64,000 bases of DNA from an uncultured Planctomycetia bacterium. GTDB lineage: Bacteria; Omnitrophota; Gorgyraeia; Tantalellales; Tantalellaceae. The notes below the pieces were generated by a model. The model saw nothing but the letters and a program-made list of their open reading frames with translations, was not told the origin of the DNA and did not search any database. Below, in pieces: positions 29,301 to 37,568 of this stretch. A program made the position numbers and the translations under genes. Each line of letters starts with the position of its first letter. Positions within the stretch are counted from its first letter, which is position 1. The DNA is taken from contig CAYPCX010000004.1 of NCBI GenBank assembly GCA_964409365.1, positions 21,015-85,014 on the forward strand, read 5' to 3'.

Positions 29301-32038
29301 ATGATGTTATTTCAGATGATCAGAGATTCATTTTAAGGGAATATTGCGGACTTAACAAGAGCGGCGTAGCAACGATGGTAAAAGATATCGCTGAGGAAAT
29401 GGGCATCTCCACGACCGCCGTGATCGATTCGAGGAAGAGAGCTTGTGAGAAGATCTATAACTGGCTTAAAGCCCAGCAGAGAACGGAAGGGGCGGAAAGG
29501 CAGGATCTGATCTTGCGGGACGAACCGGATCTTTATTACAGATTACAGGAAATGGGCATTAATACTGTCATCGAGCTTTCGGATCTTACGGAGAACGAGT
29601 TCGCGGAACAGCCGGGAATAAATTCCTGGCACGTTTCTGTTGCTAAGCAAAAGCTTGTTGAAGCTGGCCTGGGAGGATTCCGTTCGCCGTCGTTAGGGAG
29701 GAGCGCCCCTATAGAAAACTTGAGTCTGGCTGTGGAAAACCCGGAAAGGGTTCATGCGCTTTTGAGGAAAAAAGGCGTAAACACCGTTGCGGTGCTTTTG
29801 AAGATCGGGGTAGGGGGGCTTGCGGATAGGCTGGGAAAAGAGGCGTCACGACATATCATTGCCATAAGAAGGGCGGTAGCGCCGCATGGTTGGGAATTAA
29901 GGTTCCCCGCTGCAGTGAGTAACAACGATCCCATAGAATGTCTGCCTTTTCCCGCTTGGCACGAGTACGATACTTGTCAAAGGCTCAGGGAGGTCAATAT
30001 CAAGACTATCGGCCAGCTTCGGGACAAGACCCGAATAGAGCTAAAAAGGGTCGAGGGTATAGGGCAGGCGCGGCTGGAGATCATCACGAGAACTCTTGCT
30101 TATTATGACAAAGAATTAAGGGTTGACAGCGCGTTGAAGGAAGAGGATTCGATAAGAAAGCTTTGGATCTCTGCTTTTAAATCAGAAAATGTTTATAGCG
30201 CCCTTGAAGGGGCTGGTATTATTACTATCGGCCAGCTTTTAGATAAGACAAGAAAGGATCTCTTGCGGATCCCCAAGATCGGCGAACGTGCCGTTGCCGC
30301 TATTGAGGAAAAACTGGCTGTCTACGGCTGGAGATTACGTCAGGAGAGCACGATCGATGGTGTTCCTGCCGATATTCCGGCCGGAAGTATCGAAAACGTG
30401 CTCAGCTATTTTTGTGATCAAGACATAACCGATCCTGGGAAAGCCCTTACGCTGGAGCAGGCAGCAGATCGTTTGGGGCTTTCACCCTGGACAATAGAGC
30501 CGGACATAAGGGCGTTGAGCCTGCACCTGGATCTTTTGGAGGTCGTTCCTCCGGGTGGGACGGGTAAAAAGAAGAGGTATTACGTCCCGGAAAGCGTGAA
30601 GAAGAAACTCGATAGGATACTCCCGGTCCTATCCCAATTCCGCGGTGAGAATCTCCGCCCGAAAGTCGCACTTCTCGATGAAGTCTACGAAAAAGAAATA
30701 TTCCCGATTCTTGCCCCGGAAAAAAGTATTAAGCTTGAGATGATAAGACCGTCACCGGAATTGGAAAACAGAATTGAAAAATTCAGAGGAGTCGTGAAAA
30801 AACTTACCGATGACATACAAGGATCTTATGACGAAGAGCGGGGAACTTATTCATCAAAAGAATACGAAGCCGTGATAGCTGCCTTCGTGAATAGCCATAA
30901 GCCGTCCAGCATAGGCTACTACCATCCTTCTCCTTCATGGGCTATTCCTATTTTTCTCGAACATTTAGGGATAAACGAAAGTGATATAATGCTGGAAGCG
31001 GGAAGCGGAAAAGCTATTGTATCTTTTGAGGCCGCTTGTTTGTTCGGCGCTCGCGCGACGGCGGTGGAATATAGCGAAGCCTTCCACGTGTACGCCGGAC
31101 TGATACAAAAGGGGTTAATAAAAGAGGGTGTGCTGGAAGACAAACATGTGACTTTGTTCAATAAAGATTTTCTGGAGATGGATTTCTCTGAATACTCGCT
31201 GATCTATTACCAGTCACAAGGGACGCGCAAGAAGGAAGAACTGCTTAAGAAGATGTTGCAGATCAAACCGGGTGGCAGGATATTGATCTACGCGGGATAT
31301 GAACCCGAGATAGAGGACGAACTCAATGCGAATCCGGAGTTCGAAGCGAAGAAACTACAGATCGAAGGGCACCCCGGTGCTTTAGAGATGAGGGTCTATA
31401 CCAGGGTCGCCCGAGCGGATGAGGATGAGAAGCCGGTGGTCGATATTGCCAGCGAGGACAAGATCGCTCAGGATTTCATAGATGCGGTTATTCTGACGAT
31501 CGACGCGCTGGGAAGAAGATCCGGCAGGCAGAACAAGAAGATGATGATCGGTATTGACACAAGCTGGATACCGGAAGAGCAGCGGCATTCATCCGCGATG
31601 GTGCAGACCCTACTGGCGGCGATAAAAGATGCGCTTAGGGAGATAGGGCGGGAGGACATCGTTTTACTGGATGATAGTGACCCGGAGGGGTTAGCAGAGC
31701 AGCTCCGGACGGAAAGCGGGAAGACGGGAGTACCGCTTTCAAATATCGCGATAGTAAGTGCCGAAAAGACGTTCGAAGGAACGGACATTTTCGAGGAATT
31801 CAAGGGCGAGAGCAGGGAACAGGGCGCGTTTTTTGCGAAGGTGCCGCTGCCGGAAAAAGGACTTTCAAAGGATCTTGACATCAATATCGTCAAGATGTTG
31901 ACGATATTGATGAAGCATATATCCGACCCGGACAGCCCCCGCGAATTCTATTTGCCGATACCAGACGCGAAAGAGGTAGGGATAGACAAGCTCGGGGATG
32001 TTCATAAAGCCCGCGCCGAGGCGTTGATCAGGGCGTAA
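23345..32038 (+). CDS. 2897-aa multidomain protein: signal peptide, FabD-like acyltransferase, Ser/Thr kinase-like, pentein deiminase-like, CPBP-like membrane protease, sigma4-like HTH, four RNAP alpha-CTD-like repeats, HTH, SAM methyltransferase, C-terminal domain
   Basis: Single uninterrupted ORF; motifs GNSMG, VAIK/DF, WIRD-EGG-GHID-RCMT, EE-FxxxH-HxxxN, GIxTIGQL..GIG, EAGSGK. Confidence 0.85.
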   Translation: MNNYFNIHRLWFKTVATGVVCLFLLNNFSFALEPTTGQRSCHTLSPQSRFPFVIKDRVNETELTQRLQNDAGLIYVSLLIGKVLAANGSVISDRGLRTLIERHILHIEPVSFDWENLRKEGKTFCLPYTEKGGNRTRILRYYLPEDKPEEAIGKRSIPLGTGNARVILEDTRVDVSESVFIFNVGTDDIKGGTGRELYETNRIAQGIYDRAAEALGCDVSMLFLEEKNRGITERWAVGNILYGVALYAAFSGRMETNDAPIALAGNSMGEIGALIVSGAVSLEDGVRLARFCGHFFETVVDKVDYGVVILEGIESDAIKGFLDPGKVELFQDVSPSSISLAVSRDVDHEELVNRLKEAGARRAQYFEKPLVKGSHVSWYSRYGQGLVDQIREMKISDPEIPVISPATGEILTTADQVREDIQTQFFRPIAWRGVVDKAVESGARSMLAFGPGWRIIKRTESMGSGIEIIPATDLAELESLKHKVRGFGSENLRPDIGTVVKGQDGHTYEIKEIITTGGTAIIFGARDMETSKNVAIKFLDFSIVPEPEEFIKLFKREVDVLKKGFTFAPGFYDWNIVDDPKGYGWIAMEKLEGVELWKWAADKYQDQTIGVQEKVRDIVEIVQKVLNHMSALYENGIQYREVNRKNIIVTPESEPKLVDFVGACVPGHDPIPLNKLPCTPNYLPPDRHREIKLKGPGVLDDVTTPQYDVFQMGVLLFHLARMTGPPDDGSYWDVSFTYETYTREKIEDMLPPAWKRFAGVIFKATARELEDRYESAEEMKRAIEEQEDAPGSEGFGDGTHGPDFGKSNRKKFCLVAMGAVSPWVVLILLAGMVICDMVYGVINHERFYQVILNKHPKLTLALKNLFYRQYLPDLISKPLQRWAVSALGRLMDKIKEFTDKLPGIRFRDPVVVMEAELAGTGDKVISDIGFQVPIVFEMSKSGRKGRGRGSNKRRKQMSKRPPAAEEPKPYDDLISCAGYALNNLVIVREQPEMLQAAKDFYAYLSEAGKDILDQLNIDENKLQDIRSILEGRGLSPDMVRCLRQDAEIITGRTKGKGTVKASPKRFSDDYEIVEVADVKTLVPVIMYVQEMKAREVTDAELSLYAVTDDDLRKGVRMPEKLPAAKEMLYRKALRNLKDVNWYKRGWQEVQGLSPANKRFLKEKAEEICGDKLEKCWGFVEGISSEQDYAEKLMRTEIATVNSMRDFTEFIILLACIYGGEQTHDEMRVALENIEKEHENAALLGDAPVLDRLDEDVSVNVGTFAKIAFSFLEHEKGLERDSKEYRAILDAVRRINSSAKVQCRPESSERWIRDFLAWIHAGFRYYLMPKGGEIYDDRHGPGVLREGGAIVPGRAVTPFTLVSGAVKTSDAELFSAEAGKLGIFTYVLPPGFVTCRISSTGRNIILKTGHIDVVMGVVPPEFTSDGRAKLLMDPSYHNLVKDNPEFLRLLEEQGSNMDVVLIHPEETYLNLANFSSLLDENGQVKLLFNHDKGLTLPYLNLKTGVLFQTDMEITGMAVLRGLVRCMTNMLPGSYVKGGASTSIVIRDSGMPPGVATGLHALSKDPELKRVLQELWINRLTITGTKFRPMSLVHYDSSTRRILVQLGNDLVNDPSAACDYVINYLEATRQRLCQDMGISVQGFGDTRQMGGSAPAPAGMFPWMWRVYDPIKRGLEKRDWPARRIAGLIGGLEELGIAGLVMNGAAFALSYFCGMPFITALLVTSAVAVPFFPAGHIRGRYYIQGGGFAPALPSNFWKDMGVLTVLGLTTRSLQLLPVAMVCVFNLNPAFTLVGIPLAVIAHAYYNHSVAPERNRPLGMPWKGKPHKWTPERISEELRMMYFDGVDSRGVKCTREDLRIEKIRDHYQGLAVAVPRTWKEMLKEQGVSENSRLYIYMSGEGRNPREGINKAGWEYFWATIGVNYERDIEKKPGAAEGAYIPNATDSGIEHRDLKKFVPEEDELFGIVREMLGGEDLTEHEIADIILNAPDDVISDDQRFILREYCGLNKSGVATMVKDIAEEMGISTTAVIDSRKRACEKIYNWLKAQQRTEGAERQDLILRDEPDLYYRLQEMGINTVIELSDLTENEFAEQPGINSWHVSVAKQKLVEAGLGGFRSPSLGRSAPIENLSLAVENPERVHALLRKKGVNTVAVLLKIGVGGLADRLGKEASRHIIAIRRAVAPHGWELRFPAAVSNNDPIECLPFPAWHEYDTCQRLREVNIKTIGQLRDKTRIELKRVEGIGQARLEIITRTLAYYDKELRVDSALKEEDSIRKLWISAFKSENVYSALEGAGIITIGQLLDKTRKDLLRIPKIGERAVAAIEEKLAVYGWRLRQESTIDGVPADIPAGSIENVLSYFCDQDITDPGKALTLEQAADRLGLSPWTIEPDIRALSLHLDLLEVVPPGGTGKKKRYYVPESVKKKLDRILPVLSQFRGENLRPKVALLDEVYEKEIFPILAPEKSIKLEMIRPSPELENRIEKFRGVVKKLTDDIQGSYDEERGTYSSKEYEAVIAAFVNSHKPSSIGYYHPSPSWAIPIFLEHLGINESDIMLEAGSGKAIVSFEAACLFGARATAVEYSEAFHVYAGLIQKGLIKEGVLEDKHVTLFNKDFLEMDFSEYSLIYYQSQGTRKKEELLKKMLQIKPGGRILIYAGYEPEIEDELNANPEFEAKKLQIEGHPGALEMRVYTRVARADEDEKPVVDIASEDKIAQDFIDAVILTIDALGRRSGRQNKKMMIGIDTSWIPEEQRHSSAMVQTLLAAIKDALREIGREDIVLLDDSDPEGLAEQLRTESGKTGVPLSNIAIVSAEKTFEGTDIFEEFKGESREQGAFFAKVPLPEKGLSKDLDINIVKMLTILMKHISDPDSPREFYLPIPDAKEVGIDKLGDVHKARAEALIRA

Positions 32039-32040
32039 TA

Positions 32041-32078
32041 CAGGTCTCAGGTCACAGGTTTCAGGTAGCAGGTCACAC
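32041..32078 (+). repeat. CAGGTNN heptamer array (x5)
   Basis: CAGGTCT CAGGTCA CAGGTTT CAGGTAG CAGGTCA right after the giant gene stop. Confidence 0.85.
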
Positions 32079-32090
32079 AGCATAAAACCC

Positions 32091-32119
32091 TTGCGCATGA
32101 GTTCTATATTTGCTATAAT
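32091..32119 (+). promoter_or_regulatory. Promoter for tRNA-fMet
   Basis: TTGCGC-17-TATAAT with TG extension. Confidence 0.7.
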
Positions 32120-32142
32120 TTGACACTCTGAACGAGATTTGA

Positions 32143-32217
32143 CGCGGGGTGGAGCAGAGGTAGCTCGTGAGGCTCATAACCTCAAGGTCGGCGGTTCGAT
32201 TCCGCCCCCCGCAACCA
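32143..32217 (+). tRNA. Initiator tRNA-fMet(CAT)
   Basis: Cloverleaf, anticodon CAT, C1-A72 mismatch, A11-U24 pair, encoded CCA. Confidence 0.95.
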
Positions 32218-32221
32218 ATAT

Positions 32222-32252
32222 AAAAACCCGGCTGATTTTTAGCCGGGTTTTT
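32222..32252 (+). terminator. Intrinsic terminator
   Basis: AAAAA-CCCGGCT-loop-AGCCGGG-TTTTT; same stem as after tRNA-Phe. Confidence 0.85.
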
Positions 32253-32263
32253 CTTACCCCGGT

Positions 32264-32298
32264 ACCTGAAACCCGACACCCGACACCTGATACCTAAC
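32264..32298 (+). repeat. ACC(T/C)GAN heptamer array (x5)
   Basis: ACCTGAA ACCCGAC ACCCGAC ACCTGAT ACCTAAC, abutting the purB promoter TTGACA-17-TATAAG (32302-32330). Confidence 0.8.
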
Positions 32299-32382
32299 CC
32301 ATTGACACCGCTAATTATATATGCTATAAGAAATATTCCGATTTAGTTTTTTATTCCCCTTTATTTACGGGAGGGAGCGAAA

Positions 32383-33675
32383 ATGATAGAAAGATATACG
32401 CGCCCCGGAATGGGCAGGATCTGGGCGGACGAGAACAGGTTCCGCAAGATGCTGGACATAGAGATACTGGCCTGCGAAGCGTTCGCGAAACAGGGGCTTA
32501 TACCCAAAGACGCCCTGAAGAACATCAAGGAAAAAGCCGATTTCGATGTCGATCGCATCAAGGAGATAGAAGCCAGGACCCACCACGACGTCGTTGCCTT
32601 CATAAAGAGCATTTCGGAATATGTCGGTGAAGACGCCAAGTATATACATTTCGGCCTCACCTCGAGCGATGTGTTGGACACGGCCCTTTCGGTGCAGATG
32701 GTCGAAGCGATGGACCTTCTTCTGGAAGGGGCAAAGGCCCTCCGGGAAGCGCTGAAAGACAAAGCGCACAGGTACAAGAAGACCCCCATGATGGGCCGTT
32801 CGCACGGCGTGCATGCCGAGCCCATATCTTTCGGCCTGAAGATGGCGCTTTTTTGTAAAGAGATGGACCGTAATATCCACAGGTTGGAGGACGCCAGGGA
32901 AACGATAGCGGCGGGGAAGATATCGGGTTCGGTGGGGACTTTCGCTAACGTAGACCCCGTTGTGGAAGAATATGTATGCAAGCGGCTCGGGCTTAAACCG
33001 GCGGGTGTATCCAGCCAGGTCCTTCAGAGGGACAGGCATGCACAGTACCTGAACGCCATCGCCATCGTGGGAGCGACCCTGGAAAAAATAGCCCTTGAAG
33101 TGCGCGGTCTCCAGAAGACCGAGATCGGCGAAGTGCAGGAGTTTTTCGCCTCGGGCCAGACGGGTTCTTCGAGCATGCCGCACAAGAAGAATCCCATCAT
33201 CTGCGAGCGCATAACGGGACTTGCGAGGGTCTTGAGAGGTAACGCCATGGCGGCCATAGAGAACGTCGCCCTGTGGCACGAGCGGGACATATCGCATTCT
33301 TCGGTCGAACGCATAATAATACCGGATTCCGCTATCCTTCTTGATTATATGCTGGATAAAGCTACGAAACTGGTGGAAAAGCTCGTCGTGAACGAGGACA
33401 GGATGCTGGAGAACATGGGCGCGACAAAAGGCCTTGTGTATTCACAGCACGTGCTTCTCGAGCTTATAAAAAAAGGGGCGACACGCGTCGACGCTTATGA
33501 CATCGTCCAGGAGTTGTCGCTGAAGAGCCACGAACACGGTAGAGAGTTCAAGGACCTTCTTCTTGAGAGCGAGAAAATAAAAAAGTACCTTTCGGAAAAA
33601 GAGATCGAGGATTGCTTCAGCCTTGATTATCATCTCCGGCATATTGACAGCATCTTCAAGAAGATCGGTCTATAG
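32383..33675 (+). CDS. purB: Adenylosuccinate lyase
   Basis: MIERY, HFGLTSSD, GSSSMPHKKNP, WHERDISHS. Confidence 0.97.
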   Translation: MIERYTRPGMGRIWADENRFRKMLDIEILACEAFAKQGLIPKDALKNIKEKADFDVDRIKEIEARTHHDVVAFIKSISEYVGEDAKYIHFGLTSSDVLDTALSVQMVEAMDLLLEGAKALREALKDKAHRYKKTPMMGRSHGVHAEPISFGLKMALFCKEMDRNIHRLEDARETIAAGKISGSVGTFANVDPVVEEYVCKRLGLKPAGVSSQVLQRDRHAQYLNAIAIVGATLEKIALEVRGLQKTEIGEVQEFFASGQTGSSSMPHKKNPIICERITGLARVLRGNAMAAIENVALWHERDISHSSVERIIIPDSAILLDYMLDKATKLVEKLVVNEDRMLENMGATKGLVYSQHVLLELIKKGATRVDAYDIVQELSLKSHEHGREFKDLLLESEKIKKYLSEKEIEDCFSLDYHLRHIDSIFKKIGL

Positions 33676-33696
33676 TTCCCGATAAATTCACCATTT

Positions 33697-34698
33697 ATGA
33701 AAAAGATATCCTATAAAAGCGCCGGTGTCGATATCGACAGGGCCGACCGCCTTATCCGGGACGTGAAGAAACTCGTTAATACCACGAGAGTCAGGGGAAG
33801 CATGGATACGGTCGGGGGGTTCGGGGGCTTTTTTGACCCTTCCGCCGCAGGGATAAAGGATCCTGTACTTGTCGCCTCTACCGACGGGGTGGGAACGAAG
33901 CTCAAGATAGCTCAACTGGCCGGGAAACACGATACCGTGGGAATAGACCTTGTGGCGATGTGCGTGAACGATATCCTTTGCTCGGGCGCGCGCCCGCTGT
34001 TTTTCCTGGATTATTTCGCTACGGGGAAACTCGAAGAAAAGGTCTGGAGCGATGTGATCAAGGGCGTAGTCATAGGTTGTCACGAGGCCAGGTGCGCTCT
34101 TCTGGGGGGTGAAACGGCCGAGATGCCCGGCATGTACGCGAAGGGTGAATATGACCTTGCCGGGTTCGCCGTCGGAGCGGTAAGCAGGAAAAAGGTCATC
34201 GACGGGAAAAAGATCAGGCCGGGGGACGTGCTTCTGGGTCTGGCTTCCAACGGGCTGCATTCCAACGGTTATTCGCTCCTCAGGAAGGTTTTTCCGAAAA
34301 GATACCTGAAAAAGAACCATAGTCTTTTTCTTAAACCCACTGTTATATATGTGCGGCCTTTTCTCGGGCTTGCGCGGAACGTTACGATAAAAGGAGCTGC
34401 CAATATAACGGGCGGCGGTTTCTATGACAATATCCCGAGGATGCTTCCCGCCGGAGTGAAAGCTGTCATCAGCAAGGGAAGCTGGAACGTGCATAAAGTG
34501 TTCAAGCTTATACGGGAAAGGGTGAAGATAAGCGAAAAAGAACTTTACCGGACGTTCAACATGGGGATCGGGATGGTACTTGCCCTTTCTCCGCAGGACG
34601 CCGAAAAAGCGCGAAAGATGCTTGCTAAAAAATTCAAACTGAAAAGCTGGGTCATCGGCAAGATCGTTAAAGGTAAAAAACGCGTCGAGCTCGTATAA
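33697..34698 (+). CDS. purM: Phosphoribosylformylglycinamidine cyclo-ligase
   Basis: YKSAGVD, TDGVGTK, GGETAEMPG, GLHSNGYS, TFNMGIG. Confidence 0.97.
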   Translation: MKKISYKSAGVDIDRADRLIRDVKKLVNTTRVRGSMDTVGGFGGFFDPSAAGIKDPVLVASTDGVGTKLKIAQLAGKHDTVGIDLVAMCVNDILCSGARPLFFLDYFATGKLEEKVWSDVIKGVVIGCHEARCALLGGETAEMPGMYAKGEYDLAGFAVGAVSRKKVIDGKKIRPGDVLLGLASNGLHSNGYSLLRKVFPKRYLKKNHSLFLKPTVIYVRPFLGLARNVTIKGAANITGGGFYDNIPRMLPAGVKAVISKGSWNVHKVFKLIRERVKISEKELYRTFNMGIGMVLALSPQDAEKARKMLAKKFKLKSWVIGKIVKGKKRVELV

Positions 34699-34733
34699 CT
34701 CAATACTCGACACTCAATACTTGATACTTGATA
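34699..34733 (+). repeat. CT-phase heptamer array (x5)
   Basis: CTCAATA CTCGACA CTCAATA CTTGATA CTTGATA. Confidence 0.8.
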
Positions 34734-34748
34734 AGAAGGAATAAACAC

Positions 34749-36029
34749 ATGAACATACTTGTTATAGGTTCCGGGGGCAGGGAGCACGCCCTGTGCTGGA
34801 AGATAAGGCAAAGCCCGAAGGTAAAGGAACTTTACTGCTCGCCCGGTAACGGGGGTACGGCGGCGGAAGCGATAAACGTGAAACTGAACGTTGACGAGCA
34901 CCACGCGGTGGTGGATTTCTGCAAAGCGAAGGATGTATCCCTAGTGGTCGTGGGGCCTGAAGCGCCCCTGGCGGTGGGATTAGCGGACGATCTGGAAAGG
35001 GCAGGGATAAAGGTGTTCGGGCCTTCTTATGCCGCGGCCAGGATGGAGTCCAGCAAGATATTCGCGAAGGAACTGATGGGACGTTATGGCATCCCGACGG
35101 CGCGTTTCAGGATATTCGACGAGCTCGAAAAGGCGGAAGAATATATCCGCTCGGAGGGCGCTCCCATAGTGGTGAAAGCGTACGGCCTGGCAGCCGGTAA
35201 GGGCGTGGTCGTGACCGAGGACGTCGAAGAAGCGGTGCTGGCCGCCCGCGCGTGCCTGATAGACAATAAGTTCGGCGCGGCAGGCAGCAGTATTATCGTG
35301 GAAGAGTGCTTGATAGGGGAAGAAGCCTCGATACTGGTCGTAACGGACGGGAGGAACGTGATACCCCTGGCCTCGAGCCAGGACCACAAGCGTGTCTTTG
35401 ACGGCGACACCGGCCCTAATACCGGGGGGATGGGCGCATATTCGCCGGCGCCCGTCATAGACGAGGCGCTTTTTGAAAACATAATGAAAGAAATAATCGC
35501 TCCGACGATAGAAGGTCTGCAGGAGGAGGGCATCGTTTACAGGGGCGTACTTTACGCCGGGATCATGGTGACGGATTCGGGCCCGAAGACGCTGGAATAC
35601 AACGTGCGTTTCGGCGATCCCGAGGCCGAGGCGATACTTCCGCGCCTTAAGTCGGACCTGGTGGAACTTCTGGAAGCGACGGCGGACGGGGACATTTCCG
35701 GGGTAAAGCTTAACTGGGACGAGCGGGAATGTGTCAGTGTGGTGATGGCCTCGGGCGGGTATCCGGGAGGCTACGAGAAAGGCAAGGAGATAACCGGCCT
35801 TAAGGACGCGGCCGATGAAGGCGCCATAGTCTTCCATGCCGGGACGCGTCTCGAGGACGACAAGCTGGTGACTTCCGGCGGAAGGGTCCTCAACGTCGTG
35901 GGTATGGGCTCGGGTATCAAGGAAGCAGTGGCGAATACCTACAGGGCGGTAGAGAAAGTGCGTTTTGACAATATGCATTATCGCAGGGATATAGGTTTCA
36001 GGGCCATTGAGAGGGCCGGGAATGAATGA
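34749..36029 (+). CDS. purD: Phosphoribosylamine-glycine ligase
   Basis: GSGGREHA, GLAAGKGV, QDHKR, NTGGMGAY, RFGDPE. Confidence 0.97.
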   Translation: MNILVIGSGGREHALCWKIRQSPKVKELYCSPGNGGTAAEAINVKLNVDEHHAVVDFCKAKDVSLVVVGPEAPLAVGLADDLERAGIKVFGPSYAAARMESSKIFAKELMGRYGIPTARFRIFDELEKAEEYIRSEGAPIVVKAYGLAAGKGVVVTEDVEEAVLAARACLIDNKFGAAGSSIIVEECLIGEEASILVVTDGRNVIPLASSQDHKRVFDGDTGPNTGGMGAYSPAPVIDEALFENIMKEIIAPTIEGLQEEGIVYRGVLYAGIMVTDSGPKTLEYNVRFGDPEAEAILPRLKSDLVELLEATADGDISGVKLNWDERECVSVVMASGGYPGGYEKGKEITGLKDAADEGAIVFHAGTRLEDDKLVTSGGRVLNVVGMGSGIKEAVANTYRAVEKVRFDNMHYRRDIGFRAIERAGNE

Positions 36030-36071
36030 CAAATGTCGAAATTCAAAAGGCAAAATGTCCGGGAGAATGAT

Positions 36072-36563
36072 ATGAAAAAGAAACCTCAGGTCAGTATAGT
36101 CATGGGAAGCGATTCGGACCTTCCCGTCATGAAAGAGGCAAGCGCTGTTCTCAGGGAGTTCAGCATACCCCATGAAGTGAGGATACTTTCGGCGCACCGT
36201 TCGCCGGACATGACGTCGGTCTTCGCGAAAGGCGCCAGGAAGAAGGGCATAAAGGTCATAATCGCCGGCGCGGGCGGAGCGGCCCACCTGGCGGGGGTGA
36301 TAGCGTCGCATACTACGCTCCCGGTCATAGGCGTTCCCATGGAGACGAAGCTGGACGGCATAGATTCGCTTCTTTCGACCGTGCAGATGCCGTCGGGGGT
36401 GCCGGTAGCGACAGTATCCATAGGGAAGGCGGGCGCGGTAAACGCCGCGATACTGGCGGCGCAGATAATCGGGGCGAACAATGCCGCGATCGGCAAAAAG
36501 GTGGGAACTTATAAGAAAAAGCTCGTCCGGAAGATCCGGGAGAAGAACCGGAAGCTGAAATAG
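36072..36563 (+). CDS. purE: N5-CAIR mutase
   Basis: MGSDSD, SAHR, AGAGGAAHL, QMPSGVPVA. Confidence 0.97.
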   Translation: MKKKPQVSIVMGSDSDLPVMKEASAVLREFSIPHEVRILSAHRSPDMTSVFAKGARKKGIKVIIAGAGGAAHLAGVIASHTTLPVIGVPMETKLDGIDSLLSTVQMPSGVPVATVSIGKAGAVNAAILAAQIIGANNAAIGKKVGTYKKKLVRKIREKNRKLK

Positions 36564-36565
36564 GG

Positions 36566-37027
36566 ATGAAAGACGTAAAGGCTATACTATTTGTTTGCAC
36601 GGGTAACAGCTGCAGAAGTATAATGGCTGAGGCTTACCTGAAGAAAAGGCTTGCCGAGGAAGATATGCCGATCGAGGTCAGGTCTGCCGGGACGCTGGGG
36701 ATAGACGGGATGACGCCCACGAAAGAAACGGTCATGGTCCTTGAAAAAGAAGAGATAGACGCGGCTGTTTATGAGTCTAAAGAACTGACGGAGGAACTTG
36801 TAGATTGGGCCGACCTTGTGCTCGTCATGGAACCTTCCCATAAGAACAGGGTCATAGAGATGGTGCGGGGGTCGGAGAACAAGATCCTTTACCTCGGACA
36901 GTTCGACGCAGATGGGGGAGATATCGTCATACCTGACCCCATAGGCAGGCAGCTTGCCTTTTACAGGGCGTCCTTCGGGAAAATAAAACGATCGATAGAG
37001 GGGTTGATAGAATGGCTAAAAGAATAG
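36566..37027 (+). CDS. Low-molecular-weight protein Tyr/Arg phosphatase (YwlE-like)
   Basis: VCTGNSCRS P-loop, IPDPIG. Confidence 0.9.
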   Translation: MKDVKAILFVCTGNSCRSIMAEAYLKKRLAEEDMPIEVRSAGTLGIDGMTPTKETVMVLEKEEIDAAVYESKELTEELVDWADLVLVMEPSHKNRVIEMVRGSENKILYLGQFDADGGDIVIPDPIGRQLAFYRASFGKIKRSIEGLIEWLKE

Positions 37028-37476
37028 TTATCGGGGCCGATCACGGGGGGTTCCCGCTCAAGGAGAAGTTGAAGAAAGCGCTTAAAAAAGCGCGGTACAG
37101 GATCGACGACGTGGGTACGGGTTCCGGGGAATCGTGCGACTATCCGGAGTACGGGTTTGCCGTGGCCGAAGAAGTATCGAAAAAGAAAGCGGCAAGGGGC
37201 ATCATCATATGTAAAACAGGTATAGGCATGGCTGTCGTAGCGAACAAAGTGCCCGGGGTAAGGGCGGGCGTCTGCAATTCCGTGAAAGACGCGGTTTCTT
37301 CCCGTGAACATAATGATACTAACGTGCTGGTCCTGGCGGCCACGAAGGTCGGCCCCGGGAAAGCCCTTGATATCACTAAGGCCTGGCTTAGGACGAAAGC
37401 GGAAGGCGGTCGGCACGCCAGGCGCGTAAGGCAGATCAAGGAGTACGAGAAGAAAGTATTCAAGAAGGCCAGATGA
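37012..37476 (+). CDS. rpiB: Ribose-5-phosphate isomerase B
   Basis: GADHGG, DYP, CKTGIG, ANK, HND, GGRHARRV. Confidence 0.95.
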   Translation: MAKRIVIGADHGGFPLKEKLKKALKKARYRIDDVGTGSGESCDYPEYGFAVAEEVSKKKAARGIIICKTGIGMAVVANKVPGVRAGVCNSVKDAVSSREHNDTNVLVLAATKVGPGKALDITKAWLRTKAEGGRHARRVRQIKEYEKKVFKKAR

Positions 37477-37545
37477 TAGAATGCAGAAGGCAGAGGACAG
37501 ATTGTTCATTTCTTTTATCTGTTTTCTGACTTCTGATTTCTGAAA
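37470..37545. repeat. Inverted pair of heptamer arrays (CAGANNN / TCTGNNN)
   Basis: CAGATGA TAGAATG CAGAAGG CAGAGGA CAGATTG ... TCTGTTT TCTGACT TCTGATT TCTGAAA. Confidence 0.8.
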
Positions 37546-37568
37546 CGCATAGTATACGGAGGCACAAC

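Noticed and set aside
23345-32038. Giant ORF as a PKS/NRPS
   Set aside because: An AT-like domain is present, but no ketosynthase, ACP, condensation or adenylation motifs were seen
23050-32260. Integrated island or prophage at tRNA-fMet
   Set aside because: No integrase and no duplicated tRNA end found; the gene lies upstream of the tRNA
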